55,810 nt of DNA from positions 1 to 55,810 of IMG/VR virus record IMGVR_UViG_3300023184_005760. One strand, written 5' to 3'. This DNA comes from a virus (lineage: Duplodnaviria > Caudoviricetes). A program made the position numbers and the translations under genes. How positions within the stretch are numbered: the stretch's first letter is position 1; the number at the start of each line of letters is the position of its first letter. Shown piece by piece: positions 46,815 to 54,914 of the stretch. The notes under the pieces are model-generated. The model was given only the letters and a program-made list of their open reading frames with translations, ran no database searches and was not told the origin of the DNA.

Positions 46815-47137
46815 TGGCAGTAACTCAATTGGTTAAGGTGAAAGTCAATATACTTGTTGGGGTTGTTGTATGCAATATCATGATCCGGTGTCCAACTGAA
46901 CGGACGGAACGTGCTTCGCATACTAGAGGCAAATTGTTCATCACGTGATTGTCTCATGCTTTGCAACATGGCCACCTGCTGATTTTTAATTCTGCAATCA
47001 ACCTGAAAGTGATTGAGATCTCGGGTGCTCATGGGCACACGATTGGGATTGATTTGATTGGCACAACCACTAAACAGGGCGACACACATAACGCACATGC
47101 CAAATACGATGGCGGAACGATGCACGGCTGGTTTCAT
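46811..47137 (-). CDS. Putative lipoprotein
   Basis: Lipobox FSGC; DC...QVAML. Confidence 0.6.
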   Translation of the reverse strand: MKPAVHRSAIVFGMCVMCVALFSGCANQINPNRVPMSTRDLNHFQVDCRIKNQQVAMLQSMRQSRDEQFASSMRSTFRPFSWTPDHDIAYNNPNKYIDFHLNQLSYCQ

Positions 47138-47321
47138 AGTCTTCTTGCCTTTCTAAGGGGTGACGTGGGACACGGGCCTGGGTTTCTAACCAATTGATCA
47201 TAGCCACTTGATTGGCACAATCGTTGGGCATGGCTGTAACACTGGCGGGAGGATTGTAGTTTACAGTTGATGCACAACCAGTCACTAACAATAGAGGTAA
47301 CAGTCGACGAATCATGCCCAT
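47070..47321 (-). CDS. Putative lipoprotein
   Basis: Lipobox VTGC; DCAN.VAMI. Confidence 0.6.
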   Translation of the reverse strand: MGMIRRLLPLLLVTGCASTVNYNPPASVTAMPNDCANQVAMINWLETQARVPRHPLERQEDYETSRASFRHRIWHVRYVCRPV

Positions 47322-47731
47322 AACTCCAGAGCGTTGTACAACTGATCAGTAGGTACACCATGTTGGGTGTAACCTTCTAGCACTAGATCAAAATAACCTT
47401 GTCCGGGCAAGCCATCTGGCTGACCTGGATTCATAAAGTAAACAATGGCATCTTTTATTTCGCCGTCATGTTCCACAGACATCTCAATACGATTGTAGTA
47501 GTGTGGAAAGCCTTCTAGTGCATCCAGTTTCTGTAAACATTCTTCAGTGATTGACCACAGAACTCCGTCCACATAACAGTCAGGCACCACTACCACATCA
47601 GCATGAATGGCAAATCGAAACGCACTGTCTAGCAGTCGTGCCGGGCCAAGACTTTGTGCTTGAGGACACCGATACGCCATCTCATGCAAGTTGGTGTTCA
47701 TGCCGTAGCCAAAGTAAAGTTTTGTGTTCAT
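47312..47731 (-). CDS. Gamma-glutamylcyclotransferase (AIG2-like)
   Basis: LYFGYGMN...MAYRCP...GVLW...LDALEGFP..Y. Confidence 0.85.
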   Translation of the reverse strand: MNTKLYFGYGMNTNLHEMAYRCPQAQSLGPARLLDSAFRFAIHADVVVVPDCYVDGVLWSITEECLQKLDALEGFPHYYNRIEMSVEHDGEIKDAIVYFMNPGQPDGLPGQGYFDLVLEGYTQHGVPTDQLYNALELWA

Positions 47732-47737
47732 AGCCGT

Positions 47738-47766
47738 ATTATAGCAAATGATGAATTATCGGTCAA
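47738..47766 (-). promoter_or_regulatory. Sigma70 early promoter, leaderless
   Basis: TTGACC-17-TATAAT with ATG 6 nt downstream. Confidence 0.85.
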
Positions 47767-47799
47767 GAGAAAGCCCCAAATTTTGGGGCCTTGCAAAAG

Positions 47800-47817
47800 G
47801 TAATACTTGAGTATTAC
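47800..47817. promoter_or_regulatory. Perfect 8-2-8 palindrome
   Basis: GTAATACT-TG-AGTATTAC. Confidence 0.65.
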
Positions 47818-48089
47818 TTTTTACTTGTTGCTGGCTTGAGCGCCTTGAAAAAATCTTCGTATGCTTTGGCATAGTCAAATTTGGAGGCTTCTTGAACTAC
47901 TTTGACTGCTTCGCTGGTCAATGTGGTCACTGTGTCCAGGCCAACCTTGGCGGCTCGTTTGGTGTAGTCTGCTTGTGCGTCAATGAACTTGATCATTGAT
48001 TCTTTGGCTGTTTCGTTAGTAACGAAAGTGTTAACGATAGTTTTTTTACCGGTTTGAACGGTGTCGATGATTGCATCTGCTGTAAACAT
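47814..48089 (-). CDS. Phasin-like amphipathic helical protein
   Basis: 91 aa, helical and Ala/Lys/Thr-rich; FIDAQADYTK; AGGAG RBS. Confidence 0.45.
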   Translation of the reverse strand: MFTADAIIDTVQTGKKTIVNTFVTNETAKESMIKFIDAQADYTKRAAKVGLDTVTTLTSEAVKVVQEASKFDYAKAYEDFFKALKPATSKK

Positions 48090-48220
48090 TGGGTTCTCCT
48101 ATAAAGCGAGTTTACTATAGGACCCGGCCTATCCAGCGTCCTATGTAGTATTATATATGATTTCTTGACCGCAAATCAAGCAATTTTCCTAGTGAGCGAT
48201 CACTAATCAATAAATATTAT

Positions 48221-49738
48221 ATGACCACATCATTTTGCCACAAAATTCTTGTGTTGGGCAACAATTCACTAATCACTAATCAAGAAGTCGATACTTTGGC
48301 ATCACAGGATCAAACTTGTAATTTTGGTCTGATCACTGATCCAGAATTCATACCCGATTTGCCGGGCTATTATCATACTACCTGTGTGGACCTATCAGTG
48401 GGTGAGATTGCCAGGATGGCACAATATTATGACAGCATAGTGTTGTCCTCCCAGACCGCCGATCAATGGTCCCATCCCACATTATTTTCTGCCACTGTAA
48501 AATTGTTAGAAGATCTGCAGGATCTAGGCCATAATGTTATCATGCAAAGTGCATCAACATCATCAAGAGTGATTTTTAAAAAAATTCTAGAAACCAACAA
48601 GAGTTTTTGCATTTATCCTTTTATGAATTTACAAATTCGCGATGGTGAGAACATGTTGTTGTGCTCAAGATCTCTCACGCCAGTGACCAAAATTCATAAT
48701 CTTGGGAACTGGCAAACCAATGCAGATTATCAACATATTAGAAAACAAATGCTTGCAGGTAACAAATTGCCTAACTTTTGTGGCTTTTGTTACAACATTG
48801 AAAACAAAGGCGGCAAGCCTGCAAGAATATTTGACACTTTAGAATGGGCCCAGCGATTGAATTTACAAAGCCTTGAAGATGCTGAAAAAATCACATCACC
48901 AATGTACTACGCAATCAGGCCCAGCAACAAATGCAATTTGATGTGTAGGTCCTGTGTGCCAAGAGATAGTCATCTGATAGATCAAGAATTCAAACGCATC
49001 AAGATTAAATTGGACAAAGGTTCTCAAGCCGCCGATGGCTATACAGGATTTGAAATTGTAAATTTTGACAATTTAAAACGCTTGTATGTGGCAGGGGGTG
49101 AACCCACTGTGATGCCCGAGTTGTATGATTTTTTACGCAAGTGCATAAGTCAACAACACACGGATTTTGAATTCATGATCAACACCAATGCAGTAAAACT
49201 CAGCGATACCCTGTTGGATTTGTTCAGTCATTTTTCAAATCTAGGATTCAGTACAAGTCTAGATGGTGTGGAACTGGTAAACGATTACATTAGATATCCA
49301 TCAAAATTTGAAAGTGTAATTGACAATATCAAAAAACTCCAAGCAAACGGGCACAAGGTATCATTTATTTCAGTTGTATCTATTTATAATGTGGCCAGTT
49401 TACACAGTCTATTGGAATTCCAAGACAAAGAATTCCCCGGCTCACCGGTACAATTGAATTTTGACAGTTTTTGTAATGATATTCAATCTGCCTTTAATCA
49501 TCCCAACTGTCAGTTGGTACTAGATTCACTGGAGCGATGCAAAAAAACCAAAGTGTATTTCAACTACAGCCGGGGTACCAAAAGTATCATTGACCAATTG
49601 CACCAACACTACAGCAATGCTCCGGCAGTTAACATGCATAAACTCAAAGAATTTTTTGACTTTAATAGAAAACTAGATCAGTCTAGAAATCAAAAACTAG
49701 CCGATTACATTCCAGAATTGGCAGTTTTTGAATGCTAA
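48221..49738 (+). CDS. Radical SAM protein with twitch-like domain and N-terminal extension
   Basis: CIYPF...CGFC; CNLMCRSC; VAGGEP; NTNA; TAAATA-TTAT-ATG. Confidence 0.88.
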   Translation: MTTSFCHKILVLGNNSLITNQEVDTLASQDQTCNFGLITDPEFIPDLPGYYHTTCVDLSVGEIARMAQYYDSIVLSSQTADQWSHPTLFSATVKLLEDLQDLGHNVIMQSASTSSRVIFKKILETNKSFCIYPFMNLQIRDGENMLLCSRSLTPVTKIHNLGNWQTNADYQHIRKQMLAGNKLPNFCGFCYNIENKGGKPARIFDTLEWAQRLNLQSLEDAEKITSPMYYAIRPSNKCNLMCRSCVPRDSHLIDQEFKRIKIKLDKGSQAADGYTGFEIVNFDNLKRLYVAGGEPTVMPELYDFLRKCISQQHTDFEFMINTNAVKLSDTLLDLFSHFSNLGFSTSLDGVELVNDYIRYPSKFESVIDNIKKLQANGHKVSFISVVSIYNVASLHSLLEFQDKEFPGSPVQLNFDSFCNDIQSAFNHPNCQLVLDSLERCKKTKVYFNYSRGTKSIIDQLHQHYSNAPAVNMHKLKEFFDFNRKLDQSRNQKLADYIPELAVFEC

Positions 49739-49775
49739 ATCACACAGTGAGTTAAATACAACAAAGGAGACACAG

Positions 49776-50396
49776 ATGTTTGATATTTTTAAAGGCGTAG
49801 ATCGGGTCATGATGGCCAAATTGGTTGCATTACATATCTTCGTGATCGTAATCAGCAATGCTCTAGTTTCAATTCCGGTTGAGATCATGGGTGTGAAATT
49901 GACATGGGCCGCATTTACCTATCCCCTGGTAATTTTGGCAACAGATTTGACAGTACGATTGATTGGTAAAGGCATTGCTCGAGCAACCATTGCGGCAGCC
50001 TATCCACTTGCCATCATTGGCAGTATTGCTGTTGTGCTGTTAGAAGGCGCACCACAAAGTGTAGCATTACGAATTGGTTTTGGATCCGCCACAGCATACC
50101 TAATCGGTTGTTTGCTGGACGTTTATGTGTTCCAATATGTTCGCGAAAAGTTCACACAACAATGGTGGGCAGCTCCGGCACTCAGCATGGTTGTTGCTAA
50201 CTTCATCGACAGTTACGTATTCTTCAGTATTGCTTTCCAAGGTGGTGCAAACGAGTACATGGCCGCTAACTGGCCTGAGATTGCACTGAGCCAAAGTCTA
50301 TTGAAGATTTTAGTTGGCTTTGTTGTGTTCTTGCCAGCATATGGGCTATTACTAAACTTTATGAAGAAGCGTTTGGGCAACACCGATCAGGGTTAA
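49776..50396 (+). CDS. VUT-family (YhhQ-like) queuosine precursor transporter
   Basis: ISNALV...TWAAFTYP...ATDLTVR...LDVYVF...IDS..FF.IAF; multi-TM; AAGGAG RBS. Confidence 0.85.
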   Translation: MFDIFKGVDRVMMAKLVALHIFVIVISNALVSIPVEIMGVKLTWAAFTYPLVILATDLTVRLIGKGIARATIAAAYPLAIIGSIAVVLLEGAPQSVALRIGFGSATAYLIGCLLDVYVFQYVREKFTQQWWAAPALSMVVANFIDSYVFFSIAFQGGANEYMAANWPEIALSQSLLKILVGFVVFLPAYGLLLNFMKKRLGNTDQG

Positions 50397-50416
50397 ATAC
50401 TCTATAGGAGATCGTT

Positions 50417-50671
50417 ATGTTAAACAAAATCAAGGAATTCTTTCTTGGCAAGCCCAAAGCAGATGCACCTGAGGCACCTTACAAAGTTGAGGCGCCCAGC
50501 ACCGATTGGCCATTTCCCAAAGCAAGTGAAATTGCTCCGGAACCTGCTCCAGTGGTAGCAACTGCTCCTGCTAAAAAGCCAAGAGCACCGGCCAAGCCCA
50601 AGGCGGCACCTGCAGTAAAACCAGCAGTGGCAGCCCGAAAGCCCCGAGCAAAGAAGACCCCAGCAAACTAA
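50417..50671 (+). CDS. Pro/Ala/Lys-rich small protein
   Basis: TAAATA and AGGAG upstream; APYKVEAP; basic tail. Confidence 0.7.
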   Translation: MLNKIKEFFLGKPKADAPEAPYKVEAPSTDWPFPKASEIAPEPAPVVATAPAKKPRAPAKPKAAPAVKPAVAARKPRAKKTPAN

Positions 50672-50673
50672 TC

Positions 50674-50695
50674 AAGCCCCGCAAGGGGCTTTTTT
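50674..50695 (+). terminator. Rho-independent terminator
   Basis: AAGCCCC-GCAA-GGGGCTTTTTT. Confidence 0.85.
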
Positions 50696-50727
50696 AATGA
50701 GCAATAAATACTACAAAGGAGATAGTC

Positions 50728-51273
50728 ATGGCAGAACAAAAACAACTATCACGTAGTGAACGTGAAGCCGTTATCAAAGACAAAGCAGGATGGGTAATCG
50801 TTGTATTTGCCGCATTCTTGGCCATTAACACATACATGGGCAACGGCAACTCGGGTCGAATCTTAAACGACACAATCGAAGCCAACAACACCTGGGCATT
50901 TTATCAAGCAAAATCGATCAAAGGCACCTTGGCTGAAATGGCCTTGGATGATGCCATGGCTCGCAAGGATGTGAACAAGGTACATTCACTCAGCAAGAAG
51001 ATTGCCAGGTACGAATCAGATCCTGCCACAGGCGAAGGCAAGAAAGAACTAATGGCCAAGGCACGTGCATTAGAAGCAGATCGTGCTGTGGCAAAACAAC
51101 GTAGCCCTTGGTATACGTTTGCTGGCAGTCTATTCCAGATTGCCATTGTGTTATTATCGGCTAGTATATTGGCAGTTAACAATCGCTTGTACACAGCCAG
51201 TTTGTATGTTGGTGGCATCGCAATGGTACTGATGAGTCAGGCTATCTGGCTTTGGATCCCCACACTATTTTAA
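50728..51273 (+). CDS. Membrane protein, DUF4337-like
   Basis: NNTWAFYQAKSIK...FQIAIVL.SASI; three TM segments. Confidence 0.75.
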   Translation: MAEQKQLSRSEREAVIKDKAGWVIVVFAAFLAINTYMGNGNSGRILNDTIEANNTWAFYQAKSIKGTLAEMALDDAMARKDVNKVHSLSKKIARYESDPATGEGKKELMAKARALEADRAVAKQRSPWYTFAGSLFQIAIVLLSASILAVNNRLYTASLYVGGIAMVLMSQAIWLWIPTLF

Positions 51274-51341
51274 ACCCAGTTTAATCTAGAGCAAGACTCC
51301 TGTAAATACTTCAAGCCCTGACCACAAGGGCATGAGGTATA

Positions 51342-51596
51342 ATGAAAAAATATGGAGCCATCTACCGAACCGTAATCTTAGTATTATTGCTAATACTATG
51401 TGCTTCTGCGATGGTATCAAGTTCACCCATGTACGGTGGCGATCGACCCAGTGTAGCACGAGAACTACCTGCTCGAGAACGAGAAGTCAGACTCAATCAC
51501 GGCGTTGCTGAATGTGTTAGAACGGCTTGGATAGGCAATGTCAACAACAGAACATTAATCTGTGTTGAGTATCGCTTGAAGAAAGAGGTCAAGTAA
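51342..51596 (+). CDS. Small membrane-anchored or secreted protein
   Basis: N-terminal hydrophobic segment; C-terminal Cys pair. Confidence 0.55.
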   Translation: MKKYGAIYRTVILVLLLILCASAMVSSSPMYGGDRPSVARELPAREREVRLNHGVAECVRTAWIGNVNNRTLICVEYRLKKEVK

Positions 51597-52375
51597 TGGA
51601 TCCCATAACCCTCTTTGCTCTAGCCAATGGCGCTGTGGCCGCTGTTAAAAAAGGCTGTCAACTATACAAAGACATCAAGGGTGCTGCCGGTGACGTCAAG
51701 GCTGTGCTCAAGGATCTCGACGAGCAGTTTCACGGTGCATACGAAGCCAAAGGTAAAACTGCCACTGTTGAACAACGCAATCAATTTGTAAAAGAAAAAA
51801 ATCGCATCATTGAACTGAACAAACGTGATGGCGAGACTGTGGGCATCTACACTGAACTAGGTGAGCACCTTGGCACCTACTACGACAACTACTACAAGTG
51901 CATGGCCATCTTTGAAGAAGAAGAAAAGCACAGCCAACACGAAATCTATGCGGGTGATGCCAGCCTGGGCAAACGTGCCTTGCAACGTGTGCTCATGCGC
52001 AAACAACTGGAACAGATGGGCACCGAACTGCGTGAAATCATGGTGTATCAAAGCCCTCCCGAACTGGGTGCGCTACACACCGAAGTTGAAGAAATGATGA
52101 AGGTCATGGGCAAGCAACAAAAAATTCTTGTTGCTCAGCAGATGAAGGAAGATCACATTCGGGCTATCAGGAAACGCCGACGCCTAGATGCCATATGGGC
52201 CAATGCCATATGGGGAGTGATGGGTATTATTATTGCGGCATCAATTGGTCTGATGTTTGCTTGGGTGATACAGGATAGAATTCAAAAGTATCCTCAACTG
52301 GGTACAGGTATAATACCCAAGTCAGAAGCACAACGAAGAGCCGAAGCAGAGCCTAAAAAGTATACAGGCAGATAA
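51596..52375 (+). CDS. Coiled-coil protein with a C-terminal TM helix
   Basis: MDPITLFA...; 259 aa. Confidence 0.7.
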   Translation: MDPITLFALANGAVAAVKKGCQLYKDIKGAAGDVKAVLKDLDEQFHGAYEAKGKTATVEQRNQFVKEKNRIIELNKRDGETVGIYTELGEHLGTYYDNYYKCMAIFEEEEKHSQHEIYAGDASLGKRALQRVLMRKQLEQMGTELREIMVYQSPPELGALHTEVEEMMKVMGKQQKILVAQQMKEDHIRAIRKRRRLDAIWANAIWGVMGIIIAASIGLMFAWVIQDRIQKYPQLGTGIIPKSEAQRRAEAEPKKYTGR

Positions 52376-52516
52376 TCAATGTCTGTGTGTTATCCAATAG
52401 GCAAATCCAAGAGCAACGGCTCCTGAAAATACCAAAATCAACAGAGTAACACCCAGCACCTTACCCACTGAGTTCTCTGCGATTAGGTCGTTTAGTTCTT
52501 CAAAGATACTGCTCAT
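52376..52516 (-). CDS. Small membrane protein (46 aa)
   Basis: Not in the ORF track: MSSIFEELNDLIAENSVGKVLGVTLLILVFSGAVALGFAYWITHRH; TAAATA 6 nt upstream. Confidence 0.55.
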   Translation of the reverse strand: MSSIFEELNDLIAENSVGKVLGVTLLILVFSGAVALGFAYWITHRH

Positions 52517-52575
52517 AGAAAGTATTTAAAATGCCTTGTATAAAACAAAAGCACATACATATGAGTAAATAAACT

Positions 52576-53286
52576 ATGACTGAACTAATTGCAACCCTGG
52601 TAATGACACACATTACTATCATTTGTGTCACGCTGTATTTGCATCGCGGCCAGGCCCACCGAGGCATTGAATTTCATCCTGTGCTAGAACACTTCATGAG
52701 ATTTTGGCTGTGGCTAACCACAGGCATGGTAACTAAACAGTGGGTGGCCATACACCGCAAGCATCACAGATTCAGTGACCAGGCGGGAGATCCACACTCA
52801 CCACATGTGTATGGAATTAAGAGAGTTTTCTTCAAAGGAGCATGGTTATATCATGCGGCATCAAAAGATTCGGTCATGGTTGACACATACGGTCGTGGTA
52901 CTCCTGCTGATTGGATGGAGCTTCACGTATACCAGCCTCACAGTAGACTTGGCATTGGCATTCTCTTTGTGCTCGACACCTTGATATTTGGTTGGTGGGG
53001 GCCTTTGATCTGGGGCATACAAATGATATGGATTCCGTTTTGGGCCGCAGGTGTTATTAATGGCGTAGGTCATTGGATAGGATATAGAAATGGACATACT
53101 AAAGATCATAGTCGTAATATTAGTCCTTGGGGCATTGTCATTGGTGGCGAAGAGTTGCATAACAACCACCACCTGGACCCAGCGAGTCCCAAACTCAGCA
53201 AGAATTGGTTTGAGTTTGATATAGGCTGGATGTGGCTGGGCTTGTTTAGGCTGCTAGGACTTGCCCGATTGCGTAATCAGGTGTAG
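52576..53286 (+). CDS. Membrane fatty acid desaturase (delta-9-like)
   Basis: His boxes LHRGQAH, HRKHH...DPHSP and GEELHNNHH; FDIGW. Confidence 0.92.
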   Translation: MTELIATLVMTHITIICVTLYLHRGQAHRGIEFHPVLEHFMRFWLWLTTGMVTKQWVAIHRKHHRFSDQAGDPHSPHVYGIKRVFFKGAWLYHAASKDSVMVDTYGRGTPADWMELHVYQPHSRLGIGILFVLDTLIFGWWGPLIWGIQMIWIPFWAAGVINGVGHWIGYRNGHTKDHSRNISPWGIVIGGEELHNNHHLDPASPKLSKNWFEFDIGWMWLGLFRLLGLARLRNQV

Positions 53287-53885
53287 TCTTGCTTTAGATC
53301 AGGATCAATCAACTGACCTTGCATCAAGTATATAGGGCTCTTGCGATAAATCCACACGTCATGGAATGGATCAGTCAATATCTTCAAACACCAAACCAAG
53401 GCAACTCGACGACTTTGTATAGCAGTGAGTTGAATCATTCTAAACACAACACCTGCCAAACCCAACCATAACCAGCCCATGCCCACACGATTCACAAATG
53501 TCATAGGATCGTTGTCGGGAATCAGCAGGTTCATCAACTCAGCATCAAAGAAGGCCAGCAAAGGCACAGCTACAAAACAGGCCATCAGCACTCGCTTGCG
53601 TTTGAGGTTGAATCCAATCTTGATTTTTTCCTTGTATTCAAACGTGGCATTGTTGTACTCGTCATAGCCGTGCGGCTCGAAGAAAAAGTGTCCGGCCTGA
53701 CGAGTGGTCATGGCAATCAACCAGGCCACATAGGCACTCACAACAGGATCAATGAACAAGTAAACATAAGCAATCAAAAAACTTGTGGCCGATATCAAGT
53801 GCAAAAATTGGTTGATTCTGCTGTGATGATAATAACGATGGTCGTCCCAGCGTTGTTCGCGTAGTGTTTCTAGTATGTCTTTCAT
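53277..53885 (-). CDS. Membrane protein, Mpo1/DUF962-like
   Basis: YYHHSRINQFLH...RQAGHFFFE; several TM segments. Confidence 0.55.
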   Translation of the reverse strand: MKDILETLREQRWDDHRYYHHSRINQFLHLISATSFLIAYVYLFIDPVVSAYVAWLIAMTTRQAGHFFFEPHGYDEYNNATFEYKEKIKIGFNLKRKRVLMACFVAVPLLAFFDAELMNLLIPDNDPMTFVNRVGMGWLWLGLAGVVFRMIQLTAIQSRRVALVWCLKILTDPFHDVWIYRKSPIYLMQGQLIDPDLKQDYT

Positions 53886-53903
53886 GATTTTCCTTTGGTT
53901 AAT

Positions 53904-54914
53904 TTATTTGGTCCACAAGTGGTTGGGAGTGAGGTTGTCTCGGAAGATTTCCCATGCTCTCTCCCAACTCCAACGTTGACTACCTTCCCATACTTTCTGT
54001 CTATTTAAAAATAAACAGTCAGTAACTGCCTGTTTTAGATCCGGATTCATACAGCCAGTGATGCCTTCATCAATCACATCTTCGGGCCCTTGAACAGGAT
54101 AAGCCGCCACTGGAGTTCCGCAGGCCATGGCTTCAATCATCACAATACCAAAGGTTTCCCATTCACTAGGAAACACAAACACTTCTGCGTTGGCATAATA
54201 ACGTGCTAGATCCTCGCCTGTTTTGAATCCTGTAAAATGCACATCAGGATATTTTTTTTGGTAGGTTTCTAGCATGGGACCATCGCCTACCATGACTTTG
54301 AGATAGCCAGGATAATCCATTTCAAAGAATGCTTCTAGATTCTTTTCTTTGCTTACTCTGCTCACACACAAGAGATATCTGCTGGTTGTTTTTACCCTGT
54401 GTCCTGGATGGAATACGTCACGGTCAACACCGCGGGTCCAGGGAATAACTTCTCCATTGAACCCATGTGCTTGCAATTCTCGAACCATGGAGTCTGTTGT
54501 GGTTAGAACCTTGCCACTATGTTTATGAAACCATCGTACAAAACGCCAGGTAAGAGACTCAGGTATTCCAAATAACTTTTTGAGCCCTTCAGGAAATTTA
54601 GTGTGATAAGCGGTATTGTGGCGAATATTACCCAGTGAAAGATATGCTCTAGCCCACAGACCCAAAGGACCTTCTGTGGCGATGTGGATATAATCCGGAG
54701 CAATCTCCTCAATCTTCGCGCCCAAGTTCCTGGGATAGGCAATCTTGACTTCGTGGTAGCGAGGGCAATTAATGTAGCGGAACCTCCCGGGATCAATATA
54801 ATCAACATGATAACCATCCAGTACCGCACAAGTCTCGATGTTCTTGTAAGTGGTGACCACCCCATTAATTTGATCCGGCAAGTTGTCTGTTATTATCAAT
54901 ATCTTCTTGGTCAT
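53904..54914 (-). CDS. agt: GT4 glycolipid synthase (Agt-like diacylglycerol glycosyltransferase)
   Basis: ITD..P.QINGVV.T, IHIATEGPLG, YHTKFPE, WTRGVD, EKNLEAF, VGDGP, FVFPS..ETFG.V.IEAMACG.PVAAYPV.GP; directly downstream of plcP. Confidence 0.8.
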   Translation of the reverse strand: MTKKILIITDNLPDQINGVVTTYKNIETCAVLDGYHVDYIDPGRFRYINCPRYHEVKIAYPRNLGAKIEEIAPDYIHIATEGPLGLWARAYLSLGNIRHNTAYHTKFPEGLKKLFGIPESLTWRFVRWFHKHSGKVLTTTDSMVRELQAHGFNGEVIPWTRGVDRDVFHPGHRVKTTSRYLLCVSRVSKEKNLEAFFEMDYPGYLKVMVGDGPMLETYQKKYPDVHFTGFKTGEDLARYYANAEVFVFPSEWETFGIVMIEAMACGTPVAAYPVQGPEDVIDEGITGCMNPDLKQAVTDCLFLNRQKVWEGSQRWSWERAWEIFRDNLTPNHLWTK

